Virus record (IMG/VR): IMGVR_UViG_3300033463_000042
Span: 32,001-96,000 of that record
Source of the DNA: a virus
Lineage: Duplodnaviria; Caudoviricetes
Reading direction: 5' to 3' (one strand)
Length of the DNA stretch: 64,000 nt
This document shows positions 50,397-60,584 of the stretch, one piece after another. The notes under the pieces are model-generated. The model had not been told where the DNA came from and did not search any database. It saw only the letters and a program-made list of their open reading frames with translations. The position numbers were made by a program, and so were the translations under genes. Every line of letters begins with the position of its first letter. The stretch's first letter is position 1.

Positions 50397-51356
50397 ATGG
50401 GAATGAACTATGCGGATATGTTTGGTATGTTTGATGCATCACCGAACTATCAACAGCAACAGCAGCAAGAGATAAATTCGAATGGTTTTGATGCATTCAC
50501 TCAACCACAGCAACCTATGTATCAAGAACAACCATCTATGTCTTGGGAGCAAGCATATGAAGGATTTAAAACTCATCCTGTGTTATATAACATGGATGGT
50601 TATATCTCACCTTATGCTTCAAACAACTGGGGTGGTACAAATAGTATACTCCAGTACCTTGATGATTCATCTCGTCTTCCTGCTCTTGATAACAAACTCG
50701 ATCCCAATAAGATCTTCAGTGCTGAAATCAAAGGTCTTAGAGCTCTTGAAGCAGATCAACAGAAGTTGATCAAACTTGCTGAAAGAAAGCTTATGGAGAG
50801 TCTTGGTGAAAAGGGTAAGGTTGGTCTTACTGAAGAAGACATTGAGGCATTGTCTGCAATCACTTCTGGTAGAGCAGCTATTGCAAACATGACCAAGGAA
50901 AGAGTCAACATCAAGAAGAACATTGCTGATATTCGTATCAAGCAGAATCAGCAGGCTCCTGGTACAGTATCTAATCCAAATGCTCCTCTTGGAACAGGTT
51001 CCAATTCAATGGATATCGGTAGATCAATTCTTGATTCTATTTTCGATACTCCAACATCGACAGTTGTTCCAATGACTAACATTGATTACAATCCATCAAA
51101 TGTTGGTCAGGCTGAAGCTGTACTCGATTCACTCGTCCCAAATGTAAATCAAAACTTAGGTTTTGAAAGTATGGAACCAACTACATTCGTTATGGTTGGT
51201 GATACTGATGATGATGTTGATTTCGCAACATACAACAAGAACGGTGATCTATTGGCAGACTTCAAGAATCCTGATGCTGATATAGTATCAGTCGACAGAG
51301 ATGCAGGTAAAGCATATGACCAATTCATGGTAGAATACCCTATCAAGTATAAATAA
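50397..51356 (+). CDS. Hypothetical protein
   Basis: 319 aa; Q-rich N-terminus, central coiled coil. Confidence 0.6.
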   Translation: MGMNYADMFGMFDASPNYQQQQQQEINSNGFDAFTQPQQPMYQEQPSMSWEQAYEGFKTHPVLYNMDGYISPYASNNWGGTNSILQYLDDSSRLPALDNKLDPNKIFSAEIKGLRALEADQQKLIKLAERKLMESLGEKGKVGLTEEDIEALSAITSGRAAIANMTKERVNIKKNIADIRIKQNQQAPGTVSNPNAPLGTGSNSMDIGRSILDSIFDTPTSTVVPMTNIDYNPSNVGQAEAVLDSLVPNVNQNLGFESMEPTTFVMVGDTDDDVDFATYNKNGDLLADFKNPDADIVSVDRDAGKAYDQFMVEYPIKYK

Positions 51357-51364
51357 ATATGGAA

Positions 51365-51387
51365 TTCGGGGGCATATAGCCCCCGAA
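51365..51387 (+). terminator. Intrinsic terminator
   Basis: TTCGGGGGC-ATATA-GCCCCCGAA. Confidence 0.75.
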
Positions 51388-51401
51388 CTATATTTATTAT
51401 A

Positions 51402-51413
51402 AACACAATTGTA
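51402..51413 (+). promoter_or_regulatory. Late-type promoter AACAcaattgTA
   Basis: Matches the AR9-type AACA-N6-TA consensus; upstream of tail sheath. Confidence 0.6.
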
Positions 51414-51503
51414 ATTGTGGGTCTACATCTCATGAATCGCGATTCTTCATGTTTTGAATTCCCTTCAATTGCAAATATTTTTCAGAAAAGGAGAAGAAAA
51501 AAT

Positions 51504-54500
51504 ATGCTTGGATCAGAATATGCTTTAAAGTATTCAATGCCACATAGCGTTGTTCACATCATCGACAACTCGATGTATACTGGACAGCTTCCGACAGTGA
51601 TTGCTGACGATCCTTCGTTGTATGCAACACTGGTTGTTACAGGCGCTCCCATGGGTCCTGATAACGAGATCATCCCGATCAACAGAAGCGATGTGTTAAA
51701 CGTTTCATATGGTATAAATAATATCAGTCCTTCCGACGTTAAAAAGTACGGTCAGACTATCACATATCCTGCATCACTTTTGAGCCAGAATGCTCCTATA
51801 AAGTTCATGCGTGTTACTCCTGAAGATTCAACTTATGCTTTCTCTTGTCTGCTTATTCAGTGGAAGTGGGATGGCAACATGATGCACGTTCGCTTCAAGA
51901 CAACTTCTGGCAACGGCAACAGTGGTCTTCCTGCAGGCGTTGTACACTCCAGCTTCAAGAATACCGAGAGACTCAACACAGCTCTTGTTAATGGCAATGC
52001 AATGTCAATAAAGGACGAAGTTGACGGTACTATTTGGACACAGCGTACATTCATGACTGCAATTGCAGCTGGTAGAGGTAAGACTTACAATAACTTCAAT
52101 TATTCAATAAATCTTACAAACCAGTCAAGACGTCCTGCAAATGCAAGATATCTGTTCGCAACTCTTGATACTAAAACATCACAGGTTGTTGAGCAGTTCT
52201 TCGCTTCACTCATCAACGAGAACAACAACCTCAGAGCTGATGCTATCGACTCTGTAAATGTTGCAGTTGGTCAGCGTGTAAAGGGTTCTTCTATCGTAGT
52301 TCCTACAGTAAATGAAGAGGCTATAAAGGAACTCTACGCAGAGTACATGCTCCATATGAAGGAAATGATCGATGAAGACATTCCTCCCGCATATGGTACA
52401 AAGGATATGTCATTCGTTGAAGATGTATACAAGACAATGACTGTTAACATCTTCGATCCTATCTATGGTCGTTATATCTATAACGGCGATACAGATGTTA
52501 AGCTTCCATACTTCCAGTCTGATATGGTTGATCTTGACATTCCTCAGCTTTCAACTTCTAATCGTATCAAGACATTCCTTGGTGATGATGAGACAGTTCC
52601 TGCTTACCTTGCTAATCCTACTGACCTTGAGAGTGTTCTCGATACAGCTACTTATGGTATCTCAAACGAAAGTGACCCATACCATGTAGGTGACGTATTC
52701 TGTAATGCTCCAACATCACTGTCACTTTCAATGATCACATCGATCAACCAGTACAGTGGTTCAGTAACATCTATACCGATCAATCGTGTAGTTACTAAGA
52801 AGGATAGCGAGGGTGCACCCGAAGAATATGACATATTCCGTGGCTATGCAATGATCAAGAAGACTGACGATACTGATGACGTTACTGCTGCCATCGCTGC
52901 TGTTCAGGATCTTGTTGATAGAAAGAAGCTTGTACCTAGAGAGTACATCGATGAAGATAATAACAAGGCTTACAAGCCCGATTATATCATCATTGGTCTC
53001 AACGATACAAACCCTGTTAACAAGCTTAACACATTCATGATCGTTAAGGCTACATATACATATTCCGCTGTAGACAAGAAGTTCGTTGTTGCTATCAACA
53101 GCGGTGAAGGACGTGAGGGCGGCGTATTCTCAACAAAGGCTTCACTCTATGAGCTGTTTGCTTATCCTACTGGAACAGTTACTGCTTTCTGTCAGGATGA
53201 TGATGGTTCAGAATATCGCTATACTCCTGGTACTACAGTTGTCAATACTACTAACACAGTTGAGGCAACAGCTATAGACGCAACAACTCACGAAGCATTC
53301 AATCCCGCTCCTGCTGCTGGTGATGTATTTGTTAATGCATACAACACAGCTAAGCCTGCTGAAGCAACTGCAACCACTGAAGCAATTCACGAAGTTCTTT
53401 ACAAGGTTGCTAGTGAGAAGCCTTTCGTAATAGGCGCTGTTCCTAGCAAGGTTGTTGCTTACTCTGATATGGTTGGTACTGCATTTGATAACCTTGTATT
53501 CAAGGATGATGGAACCGGTTCAATTGAATGGAGAATTACTGGCGGTACTCCCGTTGGTACACCTCTCGGTTACGAGGTTGGTGATATCGTTACACTTAAG
53601 ATCGGTGACGGTGCTGCTGCTGTATCAACATACTTCCAGGTTAAGGCTGTTACAAACATCTATGATGGCGTAACAATCACAAAACAGACACTCGAGATCG
53701 TAAGATTCAAGAAGTCTGCTGCTTCAACCGACAAGGTTGTTCCTGGAACATATCCTACTGATGCTACTGAAGTATATGTTATATATACTCCTGACAATGA
53801 GTTCGATCCTACAGCTCACTACAAGTGGGATGATGCAGAGTGCAAGATCGTTGCAGGTGAATCTGGCGATACAGCTGATGGATATTCATGGTTCGATCTT
53901 AAGGATGAGCCTGGTACAGGTCTCTCAATTAAGGTTGATGCTACAAATATCAATGCTACAACATCTGATGATCCTGAGGCTATTCAGAGATACAACATCA
54001 CTGGTACACAGGGTTCGCTCTTCAGATATCAGCCTAACAACACAGAAATTCCTACAAACTACTACTCTGCTTCTTATGGTATCAATCCTAACTCGGAGCT
54101 TGGCGGTATTCCGCTTGAGAATGGTTATGCTGGATTCTTCGATGATAACATTTCTGAGATCGAATTCAAGTGGCGCTATTCTAACCTCCTTGTTCAGGCA
54201 TATCGTGGTCAGAAGGATCCTCGTATCACTTCTCCTACAAGATGCCCTGCAAAGTATCTGTTCGATGGTGGTACAAACACAATCGTTGGACAGACAATAC
54301 TTCCATACATGAATTATGCTCCGATTGATATAATCAACGCTTCAACCATCTATACAGATGACGAGAAGGAAGCTATCCTCCTCAACAACAAGCTCATTGA
54401 GAATATCACTGAATTCGTTGACGTTGACGTTAAGCAGGCTATGTATGATCTCATGATCACACGTGTCTTCCAGGGTATTCCTGAGGACAAGAGACCAATC

Positions 54501-55217
54501 GGACCTGGTTCTGGTTTGTCACTCCACCTCGACTCTGGTGTTACAGATGCTAACACAGCTATGCTCGTTAACCAGTCATTCACTAAGAGATTCAACAATC
54601 CTAATGCTTCTTGGGATATCGGTGGATTCGTTTCTGCAGCTGATGGTATAAGCTATACTTATACTAAGAGACTTGTAGACAACCTGTTCGCTCATATGAG
54701 AAGATATTCTGTAAACAAGCCATTCACTGGCAAGTACTCCAACATTGGACCTACAGAGTATTCAGCATTCTTCCCGGATGTTGACACAACAGATTGGGAA
54801 CTCCGTGAGCTTCTCTATAATTCTGGCGGTAACGCTTGGATTATGGATATCAATGGAAATCTCCAGAGACAGTCACAGCGTACTCTTTACAGAGAGAACG
54901 GTACATCTGATCTTATCCAGGAAAGCAATATGCGTACGCTTTCACAGCTTTGCTATCTGCTCCAGAATAAGATTAACTCTTATCTCCTTGAGTACAACGA
55001 CGACGGTGTTCTTGCAACACTTAAGGACGAGGTTGACAATATGTTCTCTAACTGGGTTGGTAACACAGTTCAGGATCTTGAAATCATCTTCAAGAGAGAC
55101 ATTAACCCAACTGATGGCGGCGAGATAGTTGTATGCTATGTCAACGTTACATTCCGTGGTCTCATCCTGAGAGTTCCGATCATCGTTAACGTTCAGAGAC
55201 GTACAACCTCTGAATGA
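51504..55217 (+). CDS. Tail sheath protein with a large central insertion
   Basis: Start moved to ATG 51504; HSVVHIIDNS, KKYGQ, FMRVTPEDST, AAGRGKTYN, QSQRT, ESNMR, VCYVNVTFRG; followed by tube gene. Confidence 0.8.
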   Translation: MLGSEYALKYSMPHSVVHIIDNSMYTGQLPTVIADDPSLYATLVVTGAPMGPDNEIIPINRSDVLNVSYGINNISPSDVKKYGQTITYPASLLSQNAPIKFMRVTPEDSTYAFSCLLIQWKWDGNMMHVRFKTTSGNGNSGLPAGVVHSSFKNTERLNTALVNGNAMSIKDEVDGTIWTQRTFMTAIAAGRGKTYNNFNYSINLTNQSRRPANARYLFATLDTKTSQVVEQFFASLINENNNLRADAIDSVNVAVGQRVKGSSIVVPTVNEEAIKELYAEYMLHMKEMIDEDIPPAYGTKDMSFVEDVYKTMTVNIFDPIYGRYIYNGDTDVKLPYFQSDMVDLDIPQLSTSNRIKTFLGDDETVPAYLANPTDLESVLDTATYGISNESDPYHVGDVFCNAPTSLSLSMITSINQYSGSVTSIPINRVVTKKDSEGAPEEYDIFRGYAMIKKTDDTDDVTAAIAAVQDLVDRKKLVPREYIDEDNNKAYKPDYIIIGLNDTNPVNKLNTFMIVKATYTYSAVDKKFVVAINSGEGREGGVFSTKASLYELFAYPTGTVTAFCQDDDGSEYRYTPGTTVVNTTNTVEATAIDATTHEAFNPAPAAGDVFVNAYNTAKPAEATATTEAIHEVLYKVASEKPFVIGAVPSKVVAYSDMVGTAFDNLVFKDDGTGSIEWRITGGTPVGTPLGYEVGDIVTLKIGDGAAAVSTYFQVKAVTNIYDGVTITKQTLEIVRFKKSAASTDKVVPGTYPTDATEVYVIYTPDNEFDPTAHYKWDDAECKIVAGESGDTADGYSWFDLKDEPGTGLSIKVDATNINATTSDDPEAIQRYNITGTQGSLFRYQPNNTEIPTNYYSASYGINPNSELGGIPLENGYAGFFDDNISEIEFKWRYSNLLVQAYRGQKDPRITSPTRCPAKYLFDGGTNTIVGQTILPYMNYAPIDIINASTIYTDDEKEAILLNNKLIENITEFVDVDVKQAMYDLMITRVFQGIPEDKRPIGPGSGLSLHLDSGVTDANTAMLVNQSFTKRFNNPNASWDIGGFVSAADGISYTYTKRLVDNLFAHMRRYSVNKPFTGKYSNIGPTEYSAFFPDVDTTDWELRELLYNSGGNAWIMDINGNLQRQSQRTLYRENGTSDLIQESNMRTLSQLCYLLQNKINSYLLEYNDDGVLATLKDEVDNMFSNWVGNTVQDLEIIFKRDINPTDGGEIVVCYVNVTFRGLILRVPIIVNVQRRTTSE

Positions 55218-55242
55218 TTTGGTAGAAAGGAGAAGATAACTT

Positions 55243-56373
55243 ATGGCTGTAAGTTTACAAACAGGCATTCGTGAATATCACGGTGACCTTTCACAGTATA
55301 CTGGTATGCTTGGCGGTCTTACCCCCGACATCCATACTCTTAGAAGTCTTAATCCACTTACTACCAACCGCGTTATCTGCGTAATGTATCGTGGACCTTA
55401 TTTCCTCATGCATTATTTCGGTAGCGACACGAATAACGCTTATAATCCGAAGAACGAATTCGGACAGTATAAGAAGATTATTGAGGCTTACAACACCGGT
55501 ATTACTTGTAATATCGGTGATGCTGGTCTTGCTCCTGCTACACTTCAGGGTGGTTTCGCAGGTAGATCGATCAACATCCCTACAACACAGAATCAGCAGT
55601 CACAGCAGTCTATCCAGATTCAGGTTCCTGAAATGGTAGGCCGCCCAGTGGCTAACTTCCACAATATGTGGGTTGATGGTATTGCAGATCCTGTTACAGG
55701 TCTTACTACATACCATGGTCTCGTAGCTGGTTCAGTTGATGAGAATCTTGTACCTCAGAGAGTCTTTGCACCTAACACAGGAGCTAATGCATTGTCTTCG
55801 ACAATCGCTCTTGAGCCTTCACCGGCATGGGAAGTTGCAGAGTTCCTCGTTATCGTACTCGACAGAAGTGGTGCACGTGTTGAAGCTGCTACAATGGCTC
55901 TCGGCTGTGTTCCTTCTGCTAAGGTTGGTAATCAGATCTTCAATTCGAACGCAACAGGACAGTCTCAGATTGCTTCACTCGATCTGAACTTCTCTTGTCA
56001 GTTCATCCAGAGTGCATACGTAAATGACCTTGCATCTAGATATGTTGAGCAGTTCGCTATCTTCGGCAACTCACTTAACCTCAATCCTGGTGCTGGTGAT
56101 GCATTCTTCGATCCTAACGGACCTACTCCGTCTAACGGTGGTACAATCAATACACCTATATTCAATAATGGTGAGCGTCCTTACCTCGATGCAGTTCAGT
56201 CTGGTCTTGGTAATGCTCCTGTTATGACTGCTAGCAAGCGTCGCATCGATCGTACAGCTCCTGCTCCGAAGCAGCTTACTCCTGAGGATCACAGCAAGCT
56301 CTACATTAACGAGAAATTTGATTCCAAGTCGATCGCTAATCCGTATGAGACTACTGCTACACCGAATTCATAA
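55243..56373 (+). CDS. Tail tube protein
   Basis: Directly after sheath; E..GRPV..FH.MW..GI.DP.TG...Y pattern. Confidence 0.7.
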   Translation: MAVSLQTGIREYHGDLSQYTGMLGGLTPDIHTLRSLNPLTTNRVICVMYRGPYFLMHYFGSDTNNAYNPKNEFGQYKKIIEAYNTGITCNIGDAGLAPATLQGGFAGRSINIPTTQNQQSQQSIQIQVPEMVGRPVANFHNMWVDGIADPVTGLTTYHGLVAGSVDENLVPQRVFAPNTGANALSSTIALEPSPAWEVAEFLVIVLDRSGARVEAATMALGCVPSAKVGNQIFNSNATGQSQIASLDLNFSCQFIQSAYVNDLASRYVEQFAIFGNSLNLNPGAGDAFFDPNGPTPSNGGTINTPIFNNGERPYLDAVQSGLGNAPVMTASKRRIDRTAPAPKQLTPEDHSKLYINEKFDSKSIANPYETTATPNS

Positions 56374-56406
56374 GGTTGTCATTGTTTTTACCTCAAAAAC
56401 AAAAAA

Positions 56407-56444
56407 GAATACGGGGGTGGGGCGAAAGCCCCATCCTCATATTC
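56407..56444. terminator. Bidirectional intrinsic terminator
   Basis: GAATAcGgGGgTGGGGC-GAAA-GCCCCATCCTCATATTC between convergent genes. Confidence 0.75.
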
Positions 56445-56840
56445 TTAAATTAAATTGAATACTTCAATTATTACGAATCTTTCATACTCAAACTTCACAG
56501 CTACATGCCGTGTGTCTTCGTATGTAAAGAATCCAATGTAAACTTTCAAGAGCTTCTTATCTGCTTTTGTGATTAGATGTTTGGATATAATTATTCCATC
56601 ATCCAAGAATGTTGGTTCTTTTGCTTTACCCACTATATCTCGCTCATATTCTTTAAATGATGCTTCTAATGCTGCATTGACCAATTCATCATTCATTATT
56701 GTATCTAGAGTTGTCATATCAAATCTCTCTTTTAATAACTCCTCCAACAATGTATCATCCTTAAAGATGTATTTGTACTTGACATATTTGGGTTTATGAT
56801 CATCAACCAACTTGGATGGTGAAACTTCTTGCTTAGCCAT
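56445..56840 (-). CDS. Hypothetical protein
   Basis: Start moved to ATG 56840 (SD GAGGAGG). Confidence 0.55.
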   Translation of the reverse strand: MAKQEVSPSKLVDDHKPKYVKYKYIFKDDTLLEELLKERFDMTTLDTIMNDELVNAALEASFKEYERDIVGKAKEPTFLDDGIIISKHLITKADKKLLKVYIGFFTYEDTRHVAVKFEYERFVIIEVFNLI

Positions 56841-56851
56841 TGTAATCCTCC

Positions 56852-57499
56852 TCAATTATAACAGTCAACCATTAGTTCCGTGAATGTAGATACATAAGCT
56901 TCGATGGTAATAGGATATATACACCCAGCATCTCTATCAGGAACTGCATCTTGCAATGATTGTAATACGGTTTGTGAACCTATATCTTCTGTTGGAGCAC
57001 CAATCCGATTTTTATATTCTGCTATCATATCCATTATCTGATTCTTATATTGATTTTCATTCTCTAATGTATTGAATAACATTGATTCATCTGCTAAATT
57101 GAAATCCATTACGAAACCATGTTCAAGTTTACCTATGAGAGATCCAGTTATCTTGAGGAATTCTACATCGGTTCTCAATATAGCCTCACCAAATATAGAA
57201 TGATCTGCAATATCATTAGCTGTATTCTCTATGGCTCTAGTTATGAGATCTTCTGATGTCATGACATGGAATGTTCCTGGCTTTTTATTTGATTTGAAGT
57301 TTACTATTCTCAACTCATGAGAATAATCCTTGGGTTTAAATTCTTCTTCTGGTATAACCATGATAGATTCTTTGGCATCATGAAATCCATGTTGCTTTAA
57401 GAATAGATACATATCCTCGATAGCACTGGACATCACATAATACTTCATTGAACTCCTACTGGATCCAGAAGTGAAGGTGAATTTAAAATATACACCCAT
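56852..57499 (-). CDS. Hypothetical protein
   Basis: 215 aa, coupled to upstream gene, SD GGAGG. Confidence 0.6.
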   Translation of the reverse strand: MGVYFKFTFTSGSSRSSMKYYVMSSAIEDMYLFLKQHGFHDAKESIMVIPEEEFKPKDYSHELRIVNFKSNKKPGTFHVMTSEDLITRAIENTANDIADHSIFGEAILRTDVEFLKITGSLIGKLEHGFVMDFNLADESMLFNTLENENQYKNQIMDMIAEYKNRIGAPTEDIGSQTVLQSLQDAVPDRDAGCIYPITIEAYVSTFTELMVDCYN

Positions 57500-58194
57500 T
57501 ACTTACCTCCCATTTCTCGCATAACCACATTTGCAATGAATGCAAATAATTCTAAGTTGGACATCTTATAGTCTCCTAAACGACCGAATGCCAGATAATA
57601 ATAATCCGGCAATTTATCCTGAAGATAATTCTTTTGGAATTTAGTTATATAATCAATGATGGATTGATCATAATTCTCCAACTTGTTGAATACTTCACAA
57701 AGATATCTATGGATGCCCATTGAATGTTGATTTAGCAATTCCTTCGCAACACCTTTGTATTCCAGTACCTCGCCATCATAGAACATTTCAATTCCTTTGA
57801 ATCTCATATATGATGACCAAGTGTTTGCATGCTTGAACTCAACACCTTCAATATTATTAATAATCTTCTTTCTTGAATTGAATATACAAGCATCTGAATG
57901 TAAACATATCACATCACTCTCAGTAAGATTATTCATCTCCAAGAATTTTCTACGTGTTTCGAGTTCACATTGTATTAGACGCTCTGAGTATTCCTTGTTG
58001 TCTCTTTGCATTAAACCCACTGCCTTGGTTCTTTGATCCTTGGGCATTCTCTTTAATTTATCAATGATCGATTGCTCAAGTAAATGATATTTTTCAGATA
58101 TGGAAACGGACATTGCTTTCATATCATATTCCACTATATTTGCATGAAACATGAATTGTATATTTGGATTAAACCACAATAACTTTTCATTCAT
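57499..58194 (-). CDS. Small family-B-DNA-polymerase-like palm protein
   Basis: IVEYDMKAMSVSI (motif A-like) and ICLHSDACIF (motif C-like); 231 aa, no exonuclease domain. Confidence 0.45.
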   Translation of the reverse strand: MNEKLLWFNPNIQFMFHANIVEYDMKAMSVSISEKYHLLEQSIIDKLKRMPKDQRTKAVGLMQRDNKEYSERLIQCELETRRKFLEMNNLTESDVICLHSDACIFNSRKKIINNIEGVEFKHANTWSSYMRFKGIEMFYDGEVLEYKGVAKELLNQHSMGIHRYLCEVFNKLENYDQSIIDYITKFQKNYLQDKLPDYYYLAFGRLGDYKMSNLELFAFIANVVMREMGGK

Positions 58195-58335
58195 ATTTAC
58201 ACCAACCTTTTCAATAATTTAAGTATACAATTGTCATATACAAATAAATGATATATGTATGAAATTATAAAATTACATGTATGATTTATTTGTATAATGA
58301 TACAAATAAAAATTTACATAAAGGAGCATACAAAA

Positions 58336-60144
58336 ATGGATGAAGTAAATAAGTCTAATGACCCGTTGATGGATTTAATCAACAAGCATAAGGCTGCTAT
58401 GGGCGAAACCGATACTCCATCTGAACCTGTTGTGACAAATTCTACACCCCAGATACCCGACGATGATATCTATGGTGAGAATGATCAGCAGAAGGAGATT
58501 GAAGCAGAGGATGCTGCTCGTGAAGCTGCACGTGCTGCTGCAGCTGCTGAACAGAAAGCTATAGCAGACGCTGCTAAGGAGAAGACAAATGTTTTCATGC
58601 CACCCGATGAGAAGGACATGAAGTATCATGAAGAGGCTGTTGGCTTCCAGACTGAGAAGCTTTCGATAGTAACAACAATGATCAACAAGGTTGTTGCTAA
58701 GTACAGACTCATCTCTGGTGGTATTCCAACAGAAATGGCTAAGGATAACACAGGTAGAGTTATTCTTGATCAGATAGCTGTTAAGGGAGAGCTCTGTGAA
58801 TTGTATGAGCAGAATGGTGAGGTTATAACTCCTGAGTTCGAGAACATAATTCTTGAGAACTGGATTATGCCTGATGGTACACTTGCTGCTGATAACATTC
58901 AGAATGGTGTTGTAATTGATTCAACTCTTCAGCCTCAGGTTCCTGGTGTTGACAATGCGGGTATAAAGCCTACAAATGAACCTGATGAAGAAGAGAAGAA
59001 GGAAGAACCTGTTCCTACAATCAATATCACTGTTGAGAAGAATACTCCTGTAACAGTAAATGTTGATGAATCAGTTACTGCAAACATGTCATCTTCACGT
59101 GTTGTTGATATTCTTGTTAAGGAAGTTTCTGAGAAGGAACTCAAGATGGCTAACATCATTGAGAATAGTAACATCAAGGGCATCATATCTAAATATGATT
59201 CAGGTATCAATGATGTACCGTTAACGCTCCCTCTCTCAGGATATCGTTGTGTAATGAGATCTATCAACTGGTGGGATTTCATAAAGCTTACCGCTCCTTC
59301 TTCAAACAGCCCTGTTGATAATGAGCTGAAGAAGTGGTCTGTACTTTATGATCACATGAAGAATGTATCCATCGGTGAATTCGAAGATCTTGAGGACTTC
59401 ATGAAGAAGACTAAGTACCAGGATCGTGAATTGCTCATGTGGGGTCTTCTCGTTGCTACTGCTGATGATGAAGAGCTTCTTGAATTCAAATGTCAGAATC
59501 CTAAGTGTGGTAAGAACATCCGCATCAAGTATCGTCCTCGTAACATTCAGCATGTTGAGGAAGATAAGATACCTAAGTGGTGGACAGCTGCACATAATGC
59601 TGCACCCGGCATAGATGCAGTTAAGGTATGGGAAGAAGCTTCTGGTCTCAGAAAGCGTTATCAGCTTCCTAACACTGGTATCATTGTTGAAATCAATGAA
59701 CCATCTGCATATGACTTCGTAACAAACAAGCTTCCTCTTATTGAGGAACTTCTCAAGAGATATCGTCCTGATGGTAATATGGCATCAATCGATCCTAATG
59801 ATCCTACAATGGCTGAATTCGATTATCTCTCAGCTAATGCACTCTTTGTATCTGCAATGACAATCGTTCGTGATGACAAGGAGTATAGATTCACAGACTG
59901 GAGTTCAATTGAGGAGATTATCACAACCGGTCTTAATGCTGAAGATTCAGGTATTCTTCTCAAGATCATTGATAAGGCTAGAAACAATGTTTCACCTATT
60001 ACATTCCGCGTTAACGATATCACTTGCTCTGCATGTAAACAGCACTACGATTACATGCCTATACCTGATATCGGAGGAACACTGCTTTTCCAAGTATCTC
60101 AAAGGCTCAGCAATACTCAGATAAACTTAACCGAGATGGATTAG
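58336..60144 (+). CDS. Probable baseplate hub/tail assembly chaperone (T4 gp26-like, Zn fingers)
   Basis: Start moved to ATG 58336 (SD AAGGAG); LPLSG, CQNPKC and CSAC motifs; acidic disordered N-terminus. Confidence 0.5.
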   Translation: MDEVNKSNDPLMDLINKHKAAMGETDTPSEPVVTNSTPQIPDDDIYGENDQQKEIEAEDAAREAARAAAAAEQKAIADAAKEKTNVFMPPDEKDMKYHEEAVGFQTEKLSIVTTMINKVVAKYRLISGGIPTEMAKDNTGRVILDQIAVKGELCELYEQNGEVITPEFENIILENWIMPDGTLAADNIQNGVVIDSTLQPQVPGVDNAGIKPTNEPDEEEKKEEPVPTINITVEKNTPVTVNVDESVTANMSSSRVVDILVKEVSEKELKMANIIENSNIKGIISKYDSGINDVPLTLPLSGYRCVMRSINWWDFIKLTAPSSNSPVDNELKKWSVLYDHMKNVSIGEFEDLEDFMKKTKYQDRELLMWGLLVATADDEELLEFKCQNPKCGKNIRIKYRPRNIQHVEEDKIPKWWTAAHNAAPGIDAVKVWEEASGLRKRYQLPNTGIIVEINEPSAYDFVTNKLPLIEELLKRYRPDGNMASIDPNDPTMAEFDYLSANALFVSAMTIVRDDKEYRFTDWSSIEEIITTGLNAEDSGILLKIIDKARNNVSPITFRVNDITCSACKQHYDYMPIPDIGGTLLFQVSQRLSNTQINLTEMD

Positions 60145-60155
60145 AGCTTATCGAA

Positions 60156-60407
60156 ATGGGATTGATCTTCAACAAGATAATCCCCATGGATATGCTGGCA
60201 CAACTGCCGCGTCCATTTGTGCATCGCCTGCGAGATATCCGAATCAAACAGCTCGAAGAGCAAAATAGAGAACAAGAGAGAATCATGAAGCAACAGGAAC
60301 AGGCGCGTGTTACCCAACAGGCTAATGCGCGTCAATCGTTCCCACAGCCTCAACAATTTTCAGGTGCTGGCGCGTCGCTTGAAGACTTTATAGACGAACT
60401 TACCTAA
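60156..60407 (+). CDS. Small protein, possibly a frameshift extension of the upstream chaperone
   Basis: 83 aa, no clear SD; frame open back to 60069. Confidence 0.5.
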   Translation: MGLIFNKIIPMDMLAQLPRPFVHRLRDIRIKQLEEQNREQERIMKQQEQARVTQQANARQSFPQPQQFSGAGASLEDFIDELT

Positions 60408-60430
60408 TACAGAAAATGAGGTGAGTTTTT

Positions 60431-60571
60431 ATGGATCAACAGCCGAGTGTTTATTATGATCAATTAAATGACTATATTGCGTATAACATACAATCCTACG
60501 GTATGGAATATACCGCTGACAATTACATTTCATTGCGAGAACAATACTACGGAATGAAATATCCATCTTAG
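60431..60571 (+). CDS. 46-aa Tyr-rich protein absent from the ORF track
   Basis: SD GAGGTG; MDQQPSVYYDQLNDYIAYNIQSYGMEYTADNYISLREQYYGMKYPS; fills the intergenic gap. Confidence 0.6.
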   Translation: MDQQPSVYYDQLNDYIAYNIQSYGMEYTADNYISLREQYYGMKYPS

Positions 60572-60584
60572 AGGAGGTTAAACA

